DNA from: a virus
Taxonomy: Duplodnaviria > Caudoviricetes
Direction: 5' to 3' (one strand)
DNA length: 64,000 nt
IMG/VR virus record: IMGVR_UViG_3300030376_004742
Coordinates: 19,900 to 83,899 of that record
Below the pieces are notes generated by a model, which ran no database searches, had not been told where the DNA came from, and saw only the letters and a list, made by a program, of their open reading frames with translations. The position numbers were made by a program, and so were the translations under genes. Below are positions 44,076 to 54,800 of this stretch, piece after piece; position 1 is the first letter of the stretch; each line of letters starts with the position of its first letter.

Positions 44076-44305
44076 TGGAACAAAATAACAATATGACAAT
44101 TCAACAAGCAAAAGATTTTTTAAGAGCACGAGGTTATTGTATAAGTAACCTATGGCACATTGATGATGTTAAAAATAATTATGTATGTACGGATAAAGAA
44201 GCATATAGAATTTTAGATTTAGCATTAAATAATGAGTGGTTAGTAGAAAAAACTTATGAAGCTATCAGCGGGGAAGCTGGAGAATTGGAAGAAATAGAGG
44301 ATTAA
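44075..44305 (+). CDS. Hypothetical protein (76 aa)
   Basis: ORF with coupled start. Confidence 0.65.
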   Translation: MEQNNNMTIQQAKDFLRARGYCISNLWHIDDVKNNYVCTDKEAYRILDLALNNEWLVEKTYEAISGEAGELEEIED

Positions 44306-44332
44306 TTAAATTAATACTTAAATTTGTAAAAC

Positions 44333-44596
44333 ATGGATAAAAACAGAAAAAGAGCACAAGAAGTATTTGCTCGTATTGGCTTTGAAGATAAAGTCGTGCC
44401 ATTAAGTGTGGCAAGAGATAACTCGGCAGTAATAACAACAGATGAATGTTATTTAGTTGGTTATGAAGACCAAGATGGAGTAGAATGTAATGAAGATGGT
44501 ACATATGATGATGGATGTATATGTTATGCATGTGGAACAGATTTAGGTACAGATACATTTGCAGTGTGTCCTAATTGTGACGCACAACTAAAATAA
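44333..44596 (+). CDS. Zn-ribbon protein (87 aa)
   Basis: C-terminal CYAC...CPNC. Confidence 0.65.
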   Translation: MDKNRKRAQEVFARIGFEDKVVPLSVARDNSAVITTDECYLVGYEDQDGVECNEDGTYDDGCICYACGTDLGTDTFAVCPNCDAQLK

Positions 44597-44698
44597 TTAT
44601 TAACAGGGGAAGATACAATAGCAAAACCTCATAATGCGCCTTCGGGAGAAATATATTTAGCATAAAACTCAATTGCACCCCTGTTTTTTAAACTTATA

Positions 44699-45004
44699 AT
44701 GACAAGATTTACAAAAAATTTAAAAGAAGATTTGAAGGAAGCATCAGGAAAAGAATTAAGAAAAGCAGCATTAGAAAACTTTACATATGGTTTTCTAGGA
44801 TCAATATTAATTGTATTTATTGCCACTGGCGTAGATATTGCTGTTCTTATTGGGTATTTACTTTATTACTTTTTTGTAGGTAAAGTAATTAACCGTCCTA
44901 AGTATGTAACTTCATTAGGGAAATTTATAATGTTTCCTATCCCTGCATCTTTAGGTGCGTTTACGGGATATAAGTTAGCTTATTTATTAACAGAATTAAT
45001 ATAA
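44699..45004 (+). CDS. Three-TM membrane protein (101 aa)
   Basis: Three hydrophobic segments. Confidence 0.65.
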   Translation: MTRFTKNLKEDLKEASGKELRKAALENFTYGFLGSILIVFIATGVDIAVLIGYLLYYFFVGKVINRPKYVTSLGKFIMFPIPASLGAFTGYKLAYLLTELI

Positions 45005-45012
45005 TAAAACAC

Positions 45013-45258
45013 ATGAGAAAGGGAGGAAGATATTTAAATCACAGAGAAACAATAAATGGACATACATTTGAATTAGTGGATAACTGCTATGAATGTCGTG
45101 GAGGTTCTTTTTATGATGAAGATCATGATCAAGTACCAGAACCAAGTTTACAGATAGCTGCTGATGAATTAGAAGCATCACTGAAAGAAGATGGTATAAA
45201 TGCGTATGTAGAATACGGAGAGAAAGGATGGATAGAAGTTTATTTAGATCTAGATTAA
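45013..45258 (+). CDS. Acidic hypothetical protein (81 aa)
   Basis: ORF. Confidence 0.6.
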   Translation: MRKGGRYLNHRETINGHTFELVDNCYECRGGSFYDEDHDQVPEPSLQIAADELEASLKEDGINAYVEYGEKGWIEVYLDLD

Positions 45259-45268
45259 AATAAAATAA

Positions 45269-45538
45269 ATGCAAGATTTTTTATTAGGATCAGGAATAGT
45301 ATTAATTTTAATACAAGTTACTGGTTTAATTCAATTAGCCTTAAGAAAATACCCTGAGTATTTCTTAGGCATTATATACGGAATGATTTTAATTGATGGT
45401 GTAGCCGTTATTGGCTGGGCATCATTATTAAAACCTTATTCTAATGATCACATATTAATGTTAGGTGGTGTTGGTTTTGCTCTGTTAATGAGCACGATCC
45501 ACAAAATAAAAAAATTCCTAACGCAAAGTACTAAATAA
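45269..45538 (+). CDS. Three-TM membrane protein, possibly holin-like (89 aa)
   Basis: Three TM segments and a basic C-terminus; the holin idea rests on topology only. Confidence 0.55.
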   Translation: MQDFLLGSGIVLILIQVTGLIQLALRKYPEYFLGIIYGMILIDGVAVIGWASLLKPYSNDHILMLGGVGFALLMSTIHKIKKFLTQSTK

Positions 45539-45566
45539 TCAATCGTTTAGTAATTCATAAATAAAC

Positions 45567-45614
45567 AAAAAAGAAAAGGGGACTACGCTATTTAAAGTGT
45601 AATCCCCTTTTTTT
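45567..45614. terminator. Bidirectional terminator at the convergence of the two transcription blocks
   Basis: A-tract, AAAGGGGA...TCCCCTTT stem, T-tract. Confidence 0.85.
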
Positions 45615-45685
45615 GACTTTTATTTTCTCTGTTTAAAAAATTTGACTTTTAATTTAAGCCTGTAAACAAACCTGAAAATTTTAGT

Positions 45686-48600
45686 TTAATTATTTAATAA
45701 AAATAAATAAGAATCCTCAACATTTCTATCTAGTTGTTTTACAACCGGAACAAGTTTCTTAAGTTTCCTCATTACTTTATACTCTCCAACGTGTCTACCA
45801 CCTTTGTATACTTCAGTTGGGTCAAACATTTGTATTGTTAGTTCAATAGCATTCTCTACACTTGACATTGCAATTGCAGGTGACCTAAATGTTCTCATTG
45901 CTTCTTGAGGGTTTGCAAAGGTAAATAACTCTGAGTACATTCTTCGTGTAATATACGCAGCCATCATATTTGCTACATCATCTGGGTCTTGGTCATCATC
46001 TTCAAACGCTTTAGACATCAATAAGAATCCTACAATAAGTGCAGCCTCCATTAATGTTTTTCTTACATTACGTTTTTCTTGGTCATCCATTTTGTTCCAA
46101 GCTTCTTTAGTTCCTGCTACAGAACGTAAAGCTTTAACTTCACTAAATGCTGTTTTTAAATAGTTAATACTTGTAACATATTGACCTTCTTCAAACTCAT
46201 CTATTTCATTATTATAACTTAATTTTTGAGCTTCATGTAAACCTTCAATAGTTCCTAAGTCAATATCATACTTTTCTCCTACTTTAGTATAGTCTTTAGA
46301 TAAAACACCTGCAGTTCCTATACCTCTCCATCTCTTTTGTACTCCTGTTACTAACCATCCACGCATCTGAGATCCTAAACTACCTACGGCATTTCTTTGG
46401 TATCTTGCTTTATTTTCTGCATCATAGTTACCATATAAATCACGATTTATACGTCTAATGTATCTAGAAATCTTAGTAATATCTTTTTGACTAACACCTT
46501 CAGTTTTTTCTGTACTATTAACATTAGGGTGAAATTCTATAGCTCCAGTCTCTTCATTTTCTATCATAGCTTCCTCAATACCAATAGCTTTATTTCTATC
46601 TGTAGTTGGGTTAAAATCTTTATCTAAAAATTTACCATTAACATCTTTTACTTTAATGTTGTCCATTGTAGATAACATTACTATAGATTGCATTGCATGT
46701 TCTCCAGCTCCGTTAGCAAACATTAACGCTGAAGATTCTGCTATTCTTTTTAGCTTATTGTTTTGTGCAAAAGATTTACCATTTAATAAATGAGATTCAC
46801 TCATTACATTAAACTTACGCATTAATTTATTAATCCTGTGCTTTGGTCTTCTTTCACCTACATCATTTAATAAACCAGCAATAGATTTATTATAAGTTTT
46901 AACGGCTTTAGCTCTTTGTTTTGGTGTAAAATAACCACCTTGTCCAGCAAATGCTTCAATCCAAGACATAGTTGCACCATGTAATGCATTGGCAGTTCCT
47001 GACATAGTATTAGCAGCCATTGTTACTAAAGACGTATACTTACCTAAAGATTGAAATATCTTAGTTGTTTGTGGATCTCCTTCAATTTTAATACCATATA
47101 TTCTATGACGTATTAAAGCTTCTAATACTGATTCCACATTAGATATTCTATCATCTTTTAATCTATGTAAATGTCCTGTAGATTTATTTTTCTTTAACTT
47201 TTGTACAAAACTAGTTGTTGCTATTATATCTGATTCATGAACTACATCTTTTAAAACATCTAACAAGATTGCGTTCTCAGTTTTAACTTTAAACTTTAAA
47301 GAGTTCTGGTAATCTAGAATCATTGTCTTCATAACATCAAAAGATCTATCTTCCATTGCTATAGTACTATTTCTATAGTGTAATGGAATAGTTGTTCTTT
47401 CTTCTCCTGATTCAGTAATATAAACCTCTTCTGCATTTTGACTTTGTTGTAATGCTTTATTTTTAGCTTCCTGTTGTTCTAATTGTTGTTCAGATAAATT
47501 ACCTAATTCAACATCTTTAGCCCGTAGCTTATAAACATCACCTACGCCTTTCTTAATATAATCTATAACACCAGTATTGTATAAACGCTCCAATCCTGAT
47601 TGTTCAATCATTGGTAAAGTATAATCTAATCTAGCAGATTTAAATACCATCTTATTTTTAGCCTCTACCATCATCTTTAAATGTTCGTACATATTCCATA
47701 CTGCAGGAACATTTTCATACTTTGCTTTAAAGGCTTCAAATTGTGGATGACCTTCATGTATCATCTCTGGAGTAACTTCACCAGTTTCTTCGTCTTTAAC
47801 TAATAAAGCTTCATACTGTTTTTTTAAGTTACTAGTTTTACCTATATATTTAATATACTCATCATTTAGTTCTTCAGTATCATCTACGATAGTTTCCATC
47901 TGATTCCAGATTTCCATATCAGCTTCATCTAAACTTTCTAATGCTATACCTATAATATCATTATTCATATCTTTAGGGTTAACTACCCAAGAAGATAAAG
48001 CTGGTATATCAACAGTTTGTAATAACATGTTCTCAATATATTGAGATGTTCTTAAATCTATTTCTGTTGCATGAGCAATCATATATTTAGAAATAAATTC
48101 TGCTTTTTCTTCAGCTATTTCTGATTTATCTAGGTGAGGTTTTTTATGTCTGTTAAACATAGCCTCTGCTTGTTTCTCATAAAATCTAGTAATCTTATGA
48201 AAGTTTCCTTTTAATCCAGCTGCTAATGTTTTACGAGATAATCTTAAGTAATCACTATTTACTTTAGCGTAGGTAGCAATTGTATCATCAACTACTTTAA
48301 ATAGTTCTTCAATATTTTCCATACCTGCTCGTTCCAACATTGCTACTTCTTCTGGACTAAACATTTCTTCTCTTAGATCTTTAAGCAAAGTAAAAGCTTC
48401 AATAGAATCTTTAATCCTTCTTAAGTTTTCTAATGTAGGAGTTTTTTCTCCTGACTTAAAAGACTCCATCCAACCTTCAGATTTTTTTGCTAGGTTATTT
48501 GCCGTCTTAATAAAATCTACTAAACTTTCTGTAGCTTCTACCTCATCAATGTTTTCCATGATACTTTCCATTTGTTCACGGATCTTAACAAGACCTTTAT

Positions 48601-48889
48601 GTTTAGTATTATCTAAAGCACGTATCTTAGATACCATTGCAGCTTTAGCTTTTTGTAATGCAATTTCTTTAGCCATAATAACTGGATTAGTTTCAATCTC
48701 AGTTTCTGGTAAAGTAAATTGATTATCTGTAATATCTTCTTGAACTAACGCAGAAGCTCTTGCAGGAATCTGAAAATTATTATCTTCAAACTCCTGAAAA
48801 GCTTTTATAGTGTCTCCGTTATGTAGTTCTACTAATTGGTCAAAGCCAGCCTGTTGACTAGCCTTGACACATTTTACACTCTTTGCCAT
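45686..48889 (-). CDS. Large virion cargo/ejection protein (1067 aa)
   Basis: Downstream of the virion RNAP; alpha-helical with a hydrophobic segment near the C-terminus (AALIVGFLLM). Confidence 0.65.
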   Translation of the reverse strand: MAKSVKCVKASQQAGFDQLVELHNGDTIKAFQEFEDNNFQIPARASALVQEDITDNQFTLPETEIETNPVIMAKEIALQKAKAAMVSKIRALDNTKHKGLVKIREQMESIMENIDEVEATESLVDFIKTANNLAKKSEGWMESFKSGEKTPTLENLRRIKDSIEAFTLLKDLREEMFSPEEVAMLERAGMENIEELFKVVDDTIATYAKVNSDYLRLSRKTLAAGLKGNFHKITRFYEKQAEAMFNRHKKPHLDKSEIAEEKAEFISKYMIAHATEIDLRTSQYIENMLLQTVDIPALSSWVVNPKDMNNDIIGIALESLDEADMEIWNQMETIVDDTEELNDEYIKYIGKTSNLKKQYEALLVKDEETGEVTPEMIHEGHPQFEAFKAKYENVPAVWNMYEHLKMMVEAKNKMVFKSARLDYTLPMIEQSGLERLYNTGVIDYIKKGVGDVYKLRAKDVELGNLSEQQLEQQEAKNKALQQSQNAEEVYITESGEERTTIPLHYRNSTIAMEDRSFDVMKTMILDYQNSLKFKVKTENAILLDVLKDVVHESDIIATTSFVQKLKKNKSTGHLHRLKDDRISNVESVLEALIRHRIYGIKIEGDPQTTKIFQSLGKYTSLVTMAANTMSGTANALHGATMSWIEAFAGQGGYFTPKQRAKAVKTYNKSIAGLLNDVGERRPKHRINKLMRKFNVMSESHLLNGKSFAQNNKLKRIAESSALMFANGAGEHAMQSIVMLSTMDNIKVKDVNGKFLDKDFNPTTDRNKAIGIEEAMIENEETGAIEFHPNVNSTEKTEGVSQKDITKISRYIRRINRDLYGNYDAENKARYQRNAVGSLGSQMRGWLVTGVQKRWRGIGTAGVLSKDYTKVGEKYDIDLGTIEGLHEAQKLSYNNEIDEFEEGQYVTSINYLKTAFSEVKALRSVAGTKEAWNKMDDQEKRNVRKTLMEAALIVGFLLMSKAFEDDDQDPDDVANMMAAYITRRMYSELFTFANPQEAMRTFRSPAIAMSSVENAIELTIQMFDPTEVYKGGRHVGEYKVMRKLKKLVPVVKQLDRNVEDSYLFLLNN

Positions 48890-48893
48890 ATTA

Positions 48894-51800
48894 TTATATC
48901 ATTAAACAGAATACTTCTCTATCTTCTACTGACCCCATTTGGTCATTTTTATCAAAAGTAATTTCTGTTGATTCAGGATTAATACTTCGTTTACTTAATT
49001 CGTCTACTAGGTTTTGTATACCTTTTGGTAAAGATACGTTATTTTTTTCAAATAAAGAAATATTAGGGTCACCAATATATTCTTTTATATTATTACCTTG
49101 ACCTGACATACCTAATGTATTAGTCCTAATATAGACTGCATCTTGATTATGCGTATATCCAGCTAACTTATACAATTTATATTCTGTAGCAATTACTTCT
49201 CCAAATGGGCCTTTTATTACTTCTGACCTTTTTACATAGTCTTTAAAAATCATTCCATTTGGTCCTTCATTTACTGCATAATTACCTGCAGCTGATTCTG
49301 GTATAGTAAATGCATCATCTTTATTAACTGTTAAATTAGTACCATCTTTCATAGTAATTACATCTGAAACTTGGTCACTAACTACAGGAACTAATTGATT
49401 ATTTCTGTATAAGTTTTTAAAGATAGCATCTTGTTTTTCAGTTAATGCAAATATGTTATCTTGTAACTCTTGGTTTTTACCATTTATCTGCTCATTAAAA
49501 CCTTGTTCTTTTAACCAACCTTGAGGTGTATGTTCTGCAAATGAACCTACTCCTTTTGAATAGCCAGTAGTAAAGAATGAATAAAGAATTAAATCTTTAC
49601 CTAGTTCTTGAGTAGCTACATCTTCTGAAGCTAATAAATCAGACCAAGCATTAAATAAACTTTCTTTAGTTTCTTTAACAGTTTCTGTGTTTGGTAACAT
49701 TACTTTATCAGGTGCACCAAAACGACCAGCTCTAATCTGAAGACCATCAATTAATAAATTATCTTTTATTGTATTTTTAGCTTTTTGTACTCTTGCTGAT
49801 ATAGACTTTTTAGTTTTAGAACCATATAATAATTCTTTTAACTCTGTTGGGTCTAGATTAAATACATCAGTTTCACTAGCTACAGCTGCATATATTTCAT
49901 TAGACACTTTAAATGCTAATGATTCTACATCTGGATTAGTTACAAACTCTCGTCCTGCACTTTTAATTACTTTAGACGTTAATTCTATACTAGCTGCAGA
50001 GCCTGATATAAAGAACCTACTATATTTTTCTAATACATTCTCTACTGAGTTTTCAAAATAACGTCCTAACATTTTAGAATCTTTTCCTGAAATATATGTA
50101 CCATCTTCACTTATACCAAAATAATTATTTAAACCAGTAAAGGTATCACTTAATAATACTTTGTCTAGTAAGTTTTTACTCATGTGTGCTGAGATAAGAT
50201 TTTTACCTGCACCATTTACATCTGCTTTAGATACTCTAATTACTTCATTTAAGCCTTTTGCTTGGTTTTGAAAATGTAAAAATGTACCTAATATATCTAG
50301 TTGTTCACGCTTTCTACCTAATTCTTGAAACTTCTTCTGATCTGCAGCGTCCATAGATTTAGCTAATGATCCTTTTGCGGTATATTTAGAAGATGTTACC
50401 TCTCCTTTAATAAGTTTTTGTAAATCTTGTGCTGTTAATTTAGTAATATTTGTGACAGTCTCACCGTCTTTTATTTGTGTTCTAAACTCTGCTTCAAGAG
50501 ACTCAACGTTTGTATACTTTTTTAGTACTAACTCAACTGGCGATAGCACCTTTTGTAATTGTGCACTATATGTTTCTTCTCCAAATCTCCCTTCTTTACC
50601 ATTTTGAGCTGCAATTAAATCTTTTATAATTGGTTGACCAATAAAACTAACAACCCAATCTCTAGGAACACCAGCTCTTACTAACATAAAGGCTACACCT
50701 GCTGTTGTTTGATTAATGTTTGCTCTACTTATATATGGATCTTTTGCAGCATCCACAATTGCATTCATAAATGCACCTAAAGTAGCAGCTATCTCATTAC
50801 CTTCAACATCAAACTTAGCACTTAAGTTAGTCCACCCTTCTTCTGTAAGATTACCTAATCCTAGGTTTACGTCTTTAAAAGAAATTTCTTCAGCTGTAAA
50901 TAAAGCATGACTTGTCATATGATTTGCAATAGTACCTACTAAAGACTTTGCATTATCAAATGTTGCTTTGTTTAACATCTGTGTTCTTCCTGTAAAGAAA
51001 GATAAGTTTTTAGTAGACCTTTCAGCTGGGAATAAATCTTTAGCCATATTTTCTAACCATGGATCATCTAGTGGAGCCATTACAGATGCATAAGCATCTT
51101 TATGTAATAACATTTCTCTAGCTAAATCTAAACGTAAGTTTTGTAAACCTGCTTTAGATGTACCTGCCAAGTCATCTATTTCATAACCTACTTTCTTAAT
51201 CATACCAGCTTCCTGGTCATAATAGAAATTAGGAACCATAACAAATGCTTTATCAATATCAAAGTCAGATCCTGTCTTTGTTGTTACATCAGAGAAAGCA
51301 ACCATTGTATCTCCCATTTCAGCTGGTAAAATACCTGCTATTATAAAGGCATCATTAGATGATGGACCTTGGTTAGGAATACGGTAACTTAAACCTTCTA
51401 AAGCTTCTGTCTCAATTAAAGTACTTAACTGTTCATGTGTTAAATCTTTAAAGTTTCTAGTTTTATATTTTTCTTCTAACATATCCTGAGCTGCAATAGC
51501 TGCTTTACTATTACCAGCTAACATCTCTACAATTTTACTATGAGGCATTAATATCTGAGCAGGATTTACTTTCCCCTCTTTAATGTTCATAGGTTCTAAT
51601 CTTGTAGTAGGATCTTTAAACCAAATGATACCATCTTTAACTTTATCGGTTAATTTTACTTTTGAACCAATAAATCCTAAATCAGCCATTTGTATTAAAG
51701 CAGCTCCTGATTGTTTAAGTTTAACTGTTTTCTTATTAGTAACAGATAATAACTTATTTTGTATTTTTGTTTTAATAGGTAGTCCGTCAAAAGGAACTTT

Positions 51801-54800
51801 TTCAGATAATGCTTGAACATGATCTTCAGAAATTTCTCCTTCAAACTCATTAATAAGAGTATTATGTAATTTAGACGGAGCATTTTTATCTATTTCAAAA
51901 TCAAAAGCTCTATCTTTTTTATTATACCCTACAGCTTTATCTAACTCTACACTTCCTTGATCAGATAAACGACCTATTACTTCATTATGTAATGCAATTA
52001 CTTCTTCACCAGTTTTAGTATCATTAAAGTATTTTCCTTCTGGATTTACTACAGAAAGAACATTCTTTGTCATTTGACTACCTACTAGTTTATCTCCAAC
52101 TTGTTTAGTTGGTAAATCTTGTTGCAAGAATAAATAATCATAAGATAAACTTACTGGATTAAACTTTATATCTTTGCTAGCAAGTATATTACCTTGTCCG
52201 TCAGTTACATCAATAATTCCTGATGCTCCTGCTTTCTTACCATCTAATACTATAACATGATCAAGACCTTGGTTTTCCATTGCAGTCATTATCTTACCTA
52301 ACTCTAAGTCAGCCATAAATGGCAATAAGACAGCTTCTGATTGCTTATTATATTGCATAAGCATTTCATTGTTTTCTGTCATATAAGGTTCAGCATGAAC
52401 TGTTTTTAATGGTTGTGCAAACAATGCAATCTCAGTTGCTGGTAATTGTTCACCGTTAATCATTTTGTTGTATGCAGCTTCATGTGCATCTGTCCATTGA
52501 CCAACACCATTTAATCTTTCTTTATATGTATCTAATGTTATCCAAGCTTGTGCATCTGTTTGGTTAATTTCTAAATACGGCGCAAATAAGTTTTTTAATT
52601 TAGTAACTTCTAAACCTGTTACTTTAGATACTTCTTTTAAGTTATCTTCATTAAATCTTACATCACCGTCTTCAGTTCTTTCTCCAAAGAATGCAGATGG
52701 AGTTTCTATATTAGCAATAGTTGCAGATGTATAAGCTGGTCTTACTCCTGGAGTTCCATCAGCGTTATCATAAATTCTATAATCTAATCCTGATGCTGCA
52801 GATGCTGGAATACGTTTTGTAAAATCACTAAAATGATCTATTGTATTCCATGGAGCTATACCAACTCCTTTTATTTTATAACCTGCAGGATCCATATTAA
52901 ACAATTTAGTTTGTTCAACATTTCCTATAATAGAATTTAAAGTATAATCAGCTATTACTCTAACTATATCTATTTCTGCTCCTTGTTTATATTGTGCAGT
53001 ATTAACAACATTACTACTGATTAACTTATTAACATATTTTGTTTTAGTTTTATCACTAGTTTCTTCTGTTGCTATTAATCCTACTTTTGTTGCATACGCT
53101 AATTCATCTTTTACTAATTCAGCAAAGTCTTTCATTAACGCTTGATCTATATTTTTATTGTTCCAGAAATTTGTTTCATTTCTACTTAACATTACACCGT
53201 CTTGTGTTTGTAAGCCTAACTCTTGTAAATTTAAGTTAGGAAATAATAAACTATAAAATGCATTTCCTTTAATCTTATCATTATTTTTTCCAATAGTTTC
53301 ACCTGTATATCCTTTAGGTGCATTATAATAATGATAATTTAAAATCCACTTTTCTTCAGGGACAGCCTCAGCAGACTGAGTACCGTATACAACATCATGA
53401 GCAATGCTCATACGAGATAACTCATCTGCTAAGTAGCCCTTAAGAATTCTAAGTCCATCAGCTTTAGGACTCATGACAAATTTGCCATCTGTATTATTCA
53501 TCTCTTTAGCAGTAAAGCCAGAGTTTCTTAATTTTGGTCCTTTAAAATATGTTTGTCTAGACTTATCCGCTTCTGCTAACCCGATATAATAACCATTTAG
53601 TTGTTTGTTTACAACGTCCATGTAAGTATCTATCTCTTTTAGTTCAGATGCTTTGGCTCCTTTATCGCCAGCTGTTTCTTCAGACTTTAAGTTTCCATAC
53701 ATATGTAAACCAAAATCTTCTCTATTAGCTTGACCATTTACACCATCTAACATTTCTGTAGCCCACACGGAATGTTTTCCATATGCAGACTTTTTAACAT
53801 TAGTTAAATGTGATAAGTCCCCTTGTTTTATTTTATTTACTGTTTTAGATGTTAAATCAAAATTTTGATAAGAATATATCATATTACCATCTGGACCTAC
53901 AAACGCAGATTCTCCTGGAATATGTTTAAAATAAGATTCATATTCTGCTAATGTATTCTTAAAGAAAGAACGCTCATTAGATAAATGATTATTATTAAAT
54001 ATATTTCCTTTTCTATCAGCTAATTCAGCTGTAGCTTTATCAAATTCTGAATATAGATTTAATATTTCTGCAGCATATTTTTCTGCATAAGATAAATCTT
54101 CATCCATATCTATTCTGTCTTCTACAATATAATTAATTGTATTAGGGTTAAGATTAACACCTAATGTATTTAATGTTTGAGCAAAAGCAGCATTAAGTTG
54201 AGTTGGATCAAACTTTTCTCCAGACTCAGATAATTCTTCATATAAATCAATTTCATTTCTTAATGCATCTTTAGATACAAAGAAATCTATAATTTTTTGT
54301 TCACTGTATACTTTATCTTTAGATACTGGATCTAATACTGTCATTTTTTCAGCAAAGTTGTATATCCAACTATCTAATATAACAGCAGACTTAGTACTAA
54401 AGTTAGACGTACTAATTTTAGATAATAAGTTCTTTTGTTTTTTCTTACCTGCTATTTGGTGATGTACAAAACTTCCTTTATGTTTAGAGAATGCATTATA
54501 AAACTGTGTTCTAAGTTGCTCTGATTCTGATGTTTCTATTTTATTAGCTAATAATAACATCTCAGGCTTATACTTAGCTTGTTTTTTAAGCTCTGTTAAC
54601 ATTGTTCTTAATGGATCATGTGTAGTTCCATCTTCATTTTTTGTACTAACAATATTAGATAATATATTTTCTACATCATTATAAAACATACCAAAATCTA
54701 CTAATACTGGAAGACCAGTTAGTGGACTTAAAGTCTGTGTCATGTTATCTAATGTAGCTGGTTTAGATTTATCTATGATATTCATCTTTGGTGTCATAGC

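Noticed and set aside
16040-45274. Minus-strand ORFs within the plus block (e.g. 16304-16507, 20121-20492, 29130-29330, 33469-33876, 39461-39706, 44265-44558, 44996-45274)
   Set aside because: They overlap real plus-strand genes in antisense and have no promoter or motif support.
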